Below, piece after piece: positions 48,851 to 59,808 of a stretch of DNA of 64,000 bases. Numbering within the stretch: position 1 is the first letter of the stretch; every line of letters begins with the position of its first letter. The notes below the pieces were generated by a model. It searched no databases and was not told the DNA's origin. It saw nothing but the letters and a program-made list of their open reading frames with translations. The stretch is taken from contig NC_092383.1 in the NCBI RefSeq assembly GCF_030028105.1, forward strand, positions 86,199,921 to 86,263,920. Reading direction: 5' to 3'. This DNA comes from Mobula birostris. Its lineage: Eukaryota. The translations under genes were made by a program, and so were the position numbers.

Positions 48851-51550
48851 CTGAAGGTGAGGAAGGTACTTTAACCAGCAACCTGAAACTCAGTTTCAGT
48901 AGTCACAATGTTAATTGGGCTGCTCAGGAAATCCTAAAGCTGGTGATGATCATAACACAATGAGATCATAAGACATAGGAGAATTAGGCCATTCGACCTA
49001 TATCGACTGCTCTGCCATTCCATCTTGGCTGATTTATTATCCCTCTCAATCTTATTCTCTTGCCTTTTCCCTGTAACCTTTAATGCCCTCACTACTCAAA
49101 GACCGATCAAACTCAGCTTTAAATAAACCCGATGACTCGGCCTCAACAGCCATCTGTGGTAATAAATTCCACAGATTCACCACCATCTGGCTAAAGAAAT
49201 TCCTCCTCATCTCAGTTCTAATGCTGTCTGTTAGGGGTCTGTACTTCTTCCACGTAGAATGCATAGGCTTTCCCCGGCTGCTCCAGTTTCCTCCCACAGT
49301 CCAAAACCATGTTAATTGGTCCCTGTTAATAGTCCTGTGATTATGTTAAAATTATCAGCTTTGTCGAGGGTTAATGGGGCAGCATGGCTTGAAGGGCCAG
49401 AATGGCCTATTCCGGGCCAAATCTTTAAATAAATAAAAAGAAAGAATGTTCTTGTAAGGAGCAAGCCCAGGTACATTACAAGATCAAGAGCTCATTTTAT
49501 GATACTAGGAGACCATCCAATAGTTTCACAACAGTGAGAAAGAAGCTGTCCTTGAAGTTTGTAGTACATGCTTTCAGACTTTTGTAATTTCTGCCCGATA
49601 GGAGGTGAGAGGAAGAGAATATGTCAGTGAAAGTTGGATCTTCAATTAGATTGGCTGCTTTACCAAGTCAGTGAAAAGTATTAAAAACAATAAAAAATAT
49701 AAATTACTGCAAATATCCAAAAAGTATAATTTTGTATGTATGCACACTTGTGTGTAACAATCAGGATGTGGGGAGAAGCTGAGGTAAATATCTAGAGATT
49801 CCACTGCACTCACAGTTGAAGGATCTAATAAAGGAAAGATTGCATTTGCTTAAAACCAGCTCTCCTATAAAAATCAATTCCCGCCAAATCCCACACTGGT
49901 TTGGACATTGATTGCTGAGCTCTTACTTGTGTCATGTCAAAATTTTTTCTCATCTGAACTGTGGAATATCTTCAACAGACCCAGCAGAAGACCTACAGTG
50001 AATGTCTTAGGGCAAGCAGTTTGACAATCACATGAGCTCATTACAGACAGAGAGCGGATTAATGAGAGCAGGGCAGTGGATGTTGTCTATCTGAAACTCA
50101 ATAAGGCCTTTGACAAGGACCCATTAGTTCAAGATGGTCTAGCAAATTGAATATAACATTGGCTTGATGGGATGAGTTAGTGGATTGTCATGGGGGGTTT
50201 TCAAATTGGAGGTTTTGCATTTTGGCAAGTTAAACCACTGCAAGACGTACAGTAAATGGTCGGAGGATGCTATGGAGAATGTTGCAAAAAAGTGATCTGC
50301 TCTTCCAGGTACATTGTTACCTGAATATGATGACACAGGTAGACAGGATGGTGAAGAAGGCATTTGGTACACTTACTTTGTTAGTCAGGGCACTGCGTAC
50401 AAGATTATTATATTATGTTATGGCTGTACAAGATGTTAGTGAGACTACTCTTCAAATACCATGTGCAGATGTTGTCTCCTGATAATAGGAAATATATCAT
50501 TGGACTGGAAAGGGTGCAGCAGAAAAATCATGAGGACATTCCTGAGAATGAAGGGATAGAGTTATAATGGAGGGTTGGAAGGATGAGACTTTTGCCCTGG
50601 AGCTTAGAATGCTGACGGGTCATTTAACAGAGGTATATAAAATCATGAGGGGCACCTATAAGGTGAATGGTCACTGTCTTTTTACAAGGGGAGGGGACAG
50701 TAAAGCCAGCAGGTGCAGGCTACAATTTAGCGGTGAAAGGTCCTAAAGAGCAATTTTATACACAGAGGGTCTTAGGTATATGGAACAACCTGCCATAGCA
50801 ATCCATAGGAGTGGGAGCATTTACAACATTCAGAAGACATTTTGACAGATACATGAGTAGGAAAGGCTTAGAACAAGGGTTCACAAACTTTTTTGCCATG
50901 TCCCCCTACCATTAACTAAGGGGTCCATAGAGTCAGTGTCACTGGTTAATTTGCTCTGTAGTTTACAGAACTGAATTTATGCACCTCAGTTTGTTTATTT
51001 ATGTGTAATCCATTTGCAGATCTCATCCCCACTTTCATAAGTTATTATGTGTTATGCGTGTTACACCCTGGTTTGGAGAAACATTGTCTCGTTTGATGGC
51101 ATACATCTATATAGTTATATGACAATAAAATTCACTTGACTTGACTTGACTGGTCTTGACCGCAGGTTGGGAATCTCTGGCAGAGAAGGATATGGGATAA
51201 ATAAAATTACAGGTGCTCTACCTAGATGAAAATCTCGGTTGACTTGGACGAGTCAGGCTGACGGGCCAGTTGTTCTAGTAAACAACAAGCACTTTATGAC
51301 TCAGAACATGAGTTTCAATTGCTATGCTCAAATTATTAAATATTTGGAAAAATAAATTTATCTTTGATCTCAGGCTTGACGCATGTACAAGAAAATCAGG
51401 AATATTCAGATTCCAACACATCATTTCATTGAAGTTAATCATGTCAGATAAGTTTAACACCAGTTAAAGAGAAACATAGTTCTCTCCCAGCTGGCTCTAT
51501 TTGAAAGCAATTACAGTGAAATCCCCTGTAGAGAGAACCTAATACTTTAC

Positions 51551-51629
51551 ATTTGAGGTGATGTAGTTTTTTTCCTTTCTGCAGTTGTCATCGATTCTGT
51601 CACATTATTTTTACAGAAATGATTTCGCC
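51551..51629 (-). CDS. Gene 5 hinge exon (G)RNHFCKNNVTESMTTAERKKTTSPQ
   Basis: ttttattttcttttaacag acceptor, AT|gtaaag donor, phase 1-2, GRxxxC start as in gene 4. Confidence 0.72.
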
Positions 51630-52499
51630 CTGTTAAAAGAAAATAAAATTCAATTTCATCTGCTTTGTATTTAAAAGAACAAAAGAGCACAATTGTTAGA
51701 CCAACAGGTAGTTTAGTGTGGTGGACCAAAGGTGATCTATACTGAATGCACATTAAAAGTTGAAGATGACATTTTTTCCTCACATGTACATCAGATCATA
51801 CAGTGAAATGTGTTGTTTACAATGACCAACACAGAATATGTGCTGGGGGCAGCCTGCAAGTGTTCCATGTTTCCAGTGCCAAAATAGCTTCCCTTTGACA
51901 TACCAATACTAACCTGTGCGTCTCTGGAATGTGGGAGGAAAGCGCGACACCCGGAGGAAACTCATACAGCTACTAAGAGAACGTACAAACAACTTGCAAT
52001 AGTGGTTGGAATTGGACCCGGATTGCTGATTGCTAATTGCTGTTCTACTGTGCACCCAATTACATTTACTGATGGCTTGGATTCTTTCCCATACTCAGTA
52101 CCTGATGGTGTGGAGATGCAGCTGGGAAAGTTAAAGGACTTGGATTGAGGAAACTGTAATTCTATCTAATTAGGGAAAGGTCCATCTAGGGAGATGGCCT
52201 CAGCCGGCATGGCGAGATCACTTTCCAGGGCCCCATCACCCTCTGCAGAGTTGGTGATAGCTGTACTTGAATATACAGGGAGATAGTGGTTCAAGTACAC
52301 TTTTTGTCCAAAAGGATAATGTAGGAGATTTTTTCAATGAAAAGTCAAAGTCTTTTCCTTCCCATATCTCTTGATCTTTCTACCTCTGAGAAAAATAACT
52401 CAATCTTTCTTGCATATAGGTTCAGCACATTCTGGGCGAAGAAATCCTTCCTAATCCCAGTATTAAATGTCTCACCCTTTAGATTATTTCTAAGCCTCC

Positions 52500-52930
52500 A
52501 TGCTTACTTACTTACTGCCCATTACAACATTGGCATTTAGGGCAGCAATGAAGGTTTTCTATCCCTAGCATTGTTCAGGGCTTCCTCCATCATGTCAGTA
52601 GATTCCTTTCGGTTTTCACTGCTGTCAGTCATGCAAGTCCCAGATGCAGACTGAGCAATACCATCAATCTCTGATGTAGAAGGATTCTTCATTCCTGTTT
52701 CCATAACAATTTTGTTTTACCACTCAGCTTTGTTAGTCCTGAGCTGAACCCCCAAACCTGGAGGACTGGTGGATCACTCTAAGTCTGACCTCTACACTTT
52801 GACCTATATAGGCATGGGTGAGCCTACAAAGAGCCAAAGTATAAAGACCTCACTCCAGCCAACAGAGATCTCCAGGTTATTGAGGCATGCAAGACTCCAA
52901 ATCCAACAGCAAGGTTGTGATCCTCTTGGA
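52500..52930 (-). mobile_element. Degraded LINE remnant with (TAAG)n tail, possibly RTE clade
   Basis: GCTTACTTACTTACTG tail at about 52502-52517; clade from recall only. Confidence 0.35.
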
Positions 52931-53430
52931 GGTAAGATTCCATAGACTGTCCAGTATTCCCTGGTATTGGAAGCCTTCTAACTGCATCTGTTTCAGCCTG
53001 GTAAAATATTGCAGCTTTCTATGAGATCACCTTTCAGTCTGGTGAACTCCAGGAAATAAAAACCTGATCAACCAATTCTCTGTTCTTGTGTCACTCATGG
53101 CATCCCAGAAATCAGTCTGCTGATCCTTTGCTAGCTTCCTTCCATAACAAGAACATCTTTCATCAGACCAAAACTGTTGGTGACATGAGAGTGAGGATGA
53201 AGAGATTGTCTGACTGATTTAAGCTTTAGGCCAGAATGGAAAAGTGGGGTATGCGCCAAATTGAGGCAGCGAGTCCCAGGCACAGGAGCGTATCGAAGCA
53301 GCACGAACCCCCTACCATCTAAGCCATGTGTACTGGATATTGTGTTCCAACAATACAATATCCAGTACACATCAGTCACTCAGTTGTACTCCATTGACAA
53401 TCATAAAATATTAAACTCTGCACTACTTAC

Positions 53431-53751
53431 CCATTCTGTTGACATCAATCACATTTCTGCAGTTCCTGACATTGTTGGAGATGGACACGCTGATCATTTC
53501 ACTAGTCTTTTCCCCATTATCATTTGAGACTTTGCAATAATACAGATATTTTTTGTATTTTAAGGATTGACAATGTAGATCCAGTTTATTGGTAACAGAG
53601 ATCTTTGAATCCACAGTTGGGGTCTTTTCGTACCATGAATACTGAATGGGAAGGGATCCATGGCCAGACTCACAGGACACTGACACATAGTCCCCACAAC
53701 CTGAGCCACTTGTTAGTGGTGAAAATCGAAGCAAAGGAACAGACACGGGTT
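53431..53751 (-). CDS. Gene 5 C2-type Ig exon
   Basis: gttttccacag acceptor, G|gtaagt donor, 321 nt, open, phase 1-1. Confidence 0.9.
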
Positions 53752-54629
53752 CTGTGGAAAACAACCAATAAACATCTGAAAATCAAACACAGTAAAGATT
53801 TCAGCAGTTCTGTATCTCAACCAGGACCCACACGTCTGGAATCTCAGCAGCTCCTCTACCTCTCTGTGTCTCTGCATCCTCTTATCTGCCCGAACTGCCA
53901 TATCTGCCATTATCCCTGAACACAGCAGGTCTCCAGATCAGGACAGCAGTGATGACACTGAGTATGTATCTGTGTGAAAATCAGAGTTACAAACTCTCTC
54001 AGCAGCAAGGAGACAGTCTAATGTTGCAACCAACAGCTTGACTCTGAAAAGGCAGCACTTGTGGGTGTCCTGGAAACCTATCAACTTCTGCTTTAAATAT
54101 ATCCAATAATTTAGTCTCCACAGACTGTGGCAATGGATTCCACAGATTCACCAGCCGCTGGCTAAATAAATTCCTCCTCATCTCTCTTTTTTTCTGAGTC
54201 TGTGCCCTCTGGTCTTAGAGGTCCACACTACAGGAAGCATCCTCTCCACAACCATCAGCTTTTCTGTGCTCATTCTTCTAAGCTCCTGCAAGTGCACGCC
54301 CAGAGGTTTCAAACACTCCGCATACATCTGGGGAATTTAATATCTGGAGCCCTTTAGAGTTGATGTACAGAGAGTTTTTGGGGTTCAAGTCCATTGCTCC
54401 CTGAAAGCTGCAACACAAGTGGAAATAATGGTAATGAAAGCATTCAGCACATTTGCATTCTTCATTTTACATATTGGAAACTAAAGCTGACAAGGCATTT
54501 TGAAGCTTCATAAGACTTTGTTTAGGGCACATTTGCAACATACAATAATTTGTGATTCTGATAGCGACAGTATAGAAAAGATGTGGAGGTTTTAGAGAGG
54601 GTAAAAAGGTCATCAGGGTGTCACCAGGG

Positions 54630-54910
54630 CAGCATTGTAGACTAATGGTTAGCACAAGGCTTTACCGTGGCAATTTCTGCTGCTCTGTGTAAGGAGTTTG
54701 TGTGTTCTCCCCATGTCCACGTGGGTTTCTTCCAGGTGCTCTGGTTTCCTCCCACAGTCCAAAGACCTAGAAGTTGGTAGGTCAATTGGTTGTTATAGAT
54801 TGTCTGAGTTTGAGGCTGGGGTTAAGTCTGGGGGATTACTGGGTGGCACGTCTCAAAGGGCGTGAAAGGCCTCTCCACGCTATATCTCAATCAATGAATA
54901 AATCAAATAA
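54630..54910 (+). mobile_element. tRNA-derived SINE (V-SINE/HE1-like)
   Basis: A-box-like TAATGGTTAGCAC, core GGTTTCCTCCCACAGTCCAAAGAC, (AATA)n tail. Confidence 0.6.
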
Positions 54911-55931
54911 ATGAATAAATGTTACCTGGATTGTAGCTATGGGGAGAAGTTTGACAAACTTGGATCATTTTCGCTGCAGTATAGGAGGCTGAGGAGAGAC
55001 CTGATAGAAGTTTATGAAGTTATAGAAATCATAGATAGGGAAGATAGAATCTTTTCCCAGGGTTTAAATGTAAAATGATAGTGAGCATCGTTTGAAGGCA
55101 ATAGGGGGAATGTTTAAAGAATGTTTTCGAGACAAGTTTTATTTACTCTGAGGGTGCTGACTGCATGAAACACACCGACAGACTGGCTGGTAGAAAGGGA
55201 TATCATAACAATATTTAAGAAGCTTTTGGACATGGACATGAAAAGGGAGGGGTTGGAGAGATATGGACCACATGCAGTAAGATGGAAGTAGCTTAGAATG
55301 ATAGCATGGTCAGTGTAGACATGGTGGGCCAAAGAGTCAATTCTTGGGCTGTACATTATATCAATTTCTCCCTAACCCCATTGCTCTATTTCCCACCAGG
55401 AATGGGCTGAATGGGGAGGCTGGCTACCGGGAAGTGGATGGTTAGTGGGTGCTGGCGGGTGGTTTATGAGAGCACAGAGAGAGTGCCGGGTAGGGGTGGG
55501 AGTGACTGATCCATGAAGCAGGGATGGGAAATGGAATAGACTGCCCTGGGAGGACTGAACACAATCTGTAGTGATCTGGATCTGATTCCCTTTTTATGCT
55601 TTTTGAAGTGTTTAGACCATGTGAAACACTTGTTTCTCATTGACCTGTAAATATCAGATTCTTAGTTTTAGTCTGAATGCAAACCACTGTCAGAGCAACA
55701 TTTCATATGGTTCAGAAGCAGGATAATGTGCTGAGCCTCCCACTGGAAACCAGAGGGTCAGATCCCACACTGGGTGAGAGCAACTGGAGTGGGATTTCCG
55801 AACCCAGCACCCTCCCGCAGGGGCCTGCTCTGTAACAGAGCCTCTGAATATCGGTGCTGCCCTGACACTCCCCAGAGAAAACATGAATCAGACACTTCAG
55901 TGGAAAGATAAAGTCAAAATCGGAAACCTAC

Positions 55932-56259
55932 CAACAGATACTTGTAGATGCACGTTAAATATTGGAGGATTGCCAGATGATAGAATTACACATATATAAT
56001 GCCCTGCATCATTAGGGTCAAGGTGCTCCATAGTAACAGTAAATATTCCCTGGGATGTGTTATCTCTGATTGTCATTCTTCCATACTGCTCATTTTGCCC
56101 ATTTGTATTCACTAACGATGTGCATCGGCGATCCCGCATACAGCACAACATCTTTGGGTCTAAGCGATACATTGGTGCATAGTGACAATTGATTGTGATC
56201 GCTCTTCCCACAACTCCTCTCACTTTATCTTCTGCCCATAAAGCATGAGGGAGAAGTTT
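55932..56259 (-). CDS. Gene 5 IgV exon (open frame; 5' boundary uncertain)
   Basis: ALWAEDKVRGVVGRAITINCHY..MLCC..RRC..DAGHYICV..VHLQVSV, G|gtagg donor; ancestral acceptor removed by an 8-nt deletion. Confidence 0.75.
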
Positions 56260-56749
56260 CTTAGAGAATGGACAGGTAAAATCAAATTTACACAGGCAGA
56301 TCCTAGATTCAAGATTGTTTAATGTCATTTCCAGTGCTCATGTGTAAAAGAGAATGAAATCATTGTTACTCTAGTCTAATGCAGCACAAAAACTCAAAAG
56401 ATAAAGAACATAATAATAATAAATAAAGATATTTTATTTAAAGCTGTCGCTGTGGTCTAAGGAATCTACCACACCGTCAATTGGTGTAATTGAATTCCAC
56501 ATTGTCTGAAAAGGCAACAGCATCGTCCCTCATCACAAAATCACAGCTCTTCACAAGTAATGATTTTTATTTGATTGGAGTCATCATTATCACTGCCCAC
56601 TAATGTTGCAGTGTGTTTCCACATTTCAGGGTCAATAGATTACTGATCCAGTCCCATTCCAGGCAGGTGAGCACAAGATCAGCAGTGGGTAACTTACTGG
56701 AGGTGATTCTGTGAGACAGGATCTATCTGAATTTGCCAAAACATAATCT

Positions 56750-57050
56750 GACTTAAGGATTGAAGGGCGCCCATTCAGAACAGAAATGCGAAGAAATTTT
56801 TTTAGTCAGAGGGTGGTGAATCTATGGAATTTGTTGCCACGGGCAGCAGTGGAGGCCGAGTCATTGGGTGTATTTAAGGCAGAGATTGATAGGTATCTGA
56901 GTAGCCAGGGCATCAAAGGTTATGGTGAGAAGGCAGGGGAGTGGGACTAAATAGGAGAAAATGGATCAGCTCATGATAAAATGGTGGAGCAGAATTGATG
57001 GGCCGAATGGCCTACTTCTGCTCCTTTGTCTTATGGTCTTATGGTCTTAT
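56750..57050 (+). mobile_element. Short young CR1 3' end
   Basis: Near-identical reverse complement of 58311-58605; (TTATGGTC)n tail; absent at paralogous 47410. Confidence 0.85.
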
Positions 57051-58310
57051 GATTTGGGATGGTCTATGTGATCTTGTGCATGGGACATCCCCTTTCAAAC
57101 AAATATGGCTGAGCTTTTTGGAAGAGATAATCAAAAGGATTGAAGAGAGCAGGACAGTAGTGTTTAGCCCATGGAGTTTAGCAAGGCCTTTGACAAGATC
57201 TTGCATTGTAGACTGATCTGTAATGTGAGGTCACAGTGTAAGCTAACTGGATGGATATTGAATAGGCTTGGCGGAAGGGATCAGATCGTGATTCTGAAGT
57301 CTGACATCAGACTTTATCACAAGTGGTGTACCATAGGGATCAGTGCTATTATTCGTTAACCACTGTTATTTGTCATCAATATTAATAATTTGTAATGATA
57401 ATGTAAGTAATATGATTAATAAGTTTTGGATGACACTGTAGTGTGGTGGACAGTGGAAAGAATTGTCGAATTTTATAATGGGATCTGGAAAATGAACCAG
57501 TGTTCAGCCACATCACTCTGTACCAGCACAATCCTTCCACCTGAGCCCATCCCATTTGTCTGAATTTGAAACATCTACCTCTCTTCTTGCTACCACCATT
57601 AGGTAAGACGTACAGGAGTCCTGGACCATTTTCACTCGCCTCAGCACTGAACTGACTCTGCAGCTGTGGTCTCACTTTCGGGGACTCTGTGACTCATGTT
57701 CTACGTATCATTTGTTTACATATTTTATTTATTTTGCACAATTCATCATCTTTTGCACATTGGATGCTTGTTAGTTTTTGTCGTATGTGGTTCGTCGTGG
57801 ATTCTGTTGTGTTTCTTTGTTTTGTGGGTGCCTGCAAGAAGATGAAACTAGATTGTTTATGGTATACCTAGATTGATAATGAATTTACTTTGAACTTTGA
57901 ACTAGGAAAGTGGCCAATGGAACAGCTGATGGAATTGAACTCAGGCACTGTGAAGTGATGCATTTTGGGAAATTAAACAAGGACACAACTTGCACTGTTG
58001 GGAACGAGGTGTGCAACTACATTGGTCCCTGAAAGTGGCAACACAGATGGACAAAGTGTTGACCAAGGCAAATGCCATGCTTGCCTTCATTGGATGGGGC
58101 ATTAAGTACAGTTGGGATGGCATGTTACAGCTATAAAGGGTGTTGACAAGATTTCACCTGTCCAGAGGAAGAGTGTCATTAATTTAGGGAAGGTACAGAA
58201 AACATCCATACAGATGCTGCTGGGACTGGAAGTTCTAGGATATGGATAGGCTGGGACTGTTTTCCCTGAAGTGAACTCTGATGAGGGATGACCTCAGTTT
58301 AAAAATTAAG

Positions 58311-59646
58311 ACCATAAGACCATAAGCCAAAGGAGCAGAAGTAGGCCATTCGGCCCATCAAGTCTGCTCCGCCATTTTATCATGAGCTGATCCATTTTCT
58401 CCTATTTAGTCCCACTCCCCTGCCTTCTCACCATAACCTTTGATGCCCTGGCTACTCAGGTACCTATCAATCTCTGCCTTAAATACACCCAATGACTCGG
58501 CCTCCACTGCTGCCCATGGCAACAAATTCCATAGATTCACCACCCTCTGACTAAAAAAATTTCTTCGCATTTCTGTTCTGAAAGGGCGCCCTTCAATCCT
58601 TAAGTCGTGCCCTCTTGTACTAGACTCCCCATTATGGGAAACAACTTTGCCACATCCACTCTGCCCATGCCTTTTAACATTCAAAATGTTTCTATGAGGT
58701 CTCCCCTCATTCTTCTAAACTCCAAGGAATACAGTCCAAGAGCGGACAAACGTTCCTCATATGTTAACCCTCTCATTTCCGGAAACATTCTAGTGAATCT
58801 TCTCTGTACCCTCTCCAACGTCAGCACATCCTTTCTTAAATAAGGAGACCAAAACTGCCCACAGTACTCCAAGTGAGGTCTCACCAGCGCCTTATTGAGC
58901 CTCAACATCACATCCCTGCTCCTATATTCTATTCCTCTAGAAAGGAATGCCAACATTGCATTCGCCTTCTTCACTACTGACTCAACCTGGAGGTTAACTT
59001 TAAGGGTATCCTGTACGAGGACTCCCAAGTCCTGTTGCATCTCAGAACTTTGAATTCTTTCCCCATTTAAATAATAGTCTGCCTGTTTATTTTTTCTGCC
59101 AAAGTGCATAACCATACACTTTCCAACATTGTACTTCATTTGCTACTTCTCTGCCCATTCTTTCAATCTATCCAAGTCTCTCTGCAGACTCTCCGTTTCC
59201 TCAGCACTATCGGCCCCTCCAACTATCTTCGTATCGTCAGCAAACTTAGCCACAAAGCCATCTATTCCATAAACTAAATCATTGATGTACAATGTAAAAA
59301 GAAGCGGCCCCAACACTGATCCCTGCGGAACACCACTGGTAACCGGCAGCCAACCAGAATAGGATCACTTTATTCCCACTCTCTGTTTCCTGCCAATCAG
59401 CCAACGCTCTATCCACGTATGTAACTTTCCCATAAATCCATGGGCTCTTATCTTGTTAAGTAGCCTCATGTGTGGCACCTTGTCAAAGGCCTTCTGAAAA
59501 TCCAAATATACAACATCCACTGCCTCTCCCTTGTCTGGCCTGGTAATTTCCTCAAAAAATTGTAATAGGTTTGTCAGGCAGGATTTTCCTTTAAGGAATC
59601 CATGCTGAGTTCTGCCTATCTTGACAGATGCCTCCAGGTACTCTGT
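58311..59646 (-). mobile_element. 5'-truncated CR1 LINE
   Basis: RT ORFs 59365..59673, 58681..59139 and 58406..58684; TSD AATTAAG at 58304-58310 and 59647-59653; empty site at 48369-48375. Confidence 0.92.
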
Positions 59647-59808
59647 AATTAAGAGGATATGGTGGATAATCACCGTCTTTATTCCAGAGTAGGGACTTCA
59701 AAATCTAAAGAGTCTCGTCTGAAGGTGAGAGGAGAGTCTTAGAGGACTGGGAGGGGTAGTGTTTTCCACACGGAACAGTATGTGCATGGAAAAGGTCAGA
59801 GGAAAAGT

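Noticed and set aside
49927-50005. Phase 2-0 segment as a decayed TM exon of gene 5
   Set aside because: Two stops in the required frame and no convincing nucleotide alignment to the gene 4 TM exon.
55430-55570. Pro/Thr-rich phase 1-1 open segment between the gene 5 V and C2 exons
   Set aside because: Weak donor and no counterpart in the other paralogs; likely a chance open frame in C-rich DNA.
2214-56328. Rearranging Ig or TCR V gene segments
   Set aside because: V exons end in GT splice donors with no adjacent heptamer/nonamer signal, and the extra C-C' Cys pair fits CD300/pIgR-type domains.
56670-56740. ATG..gtaagt segment as the gene 5 leader (and about 47355-47410 for gene 4)
   Set aside because: It is the reverse strand of an old CR1 RT fragment and is not hydrophobic.
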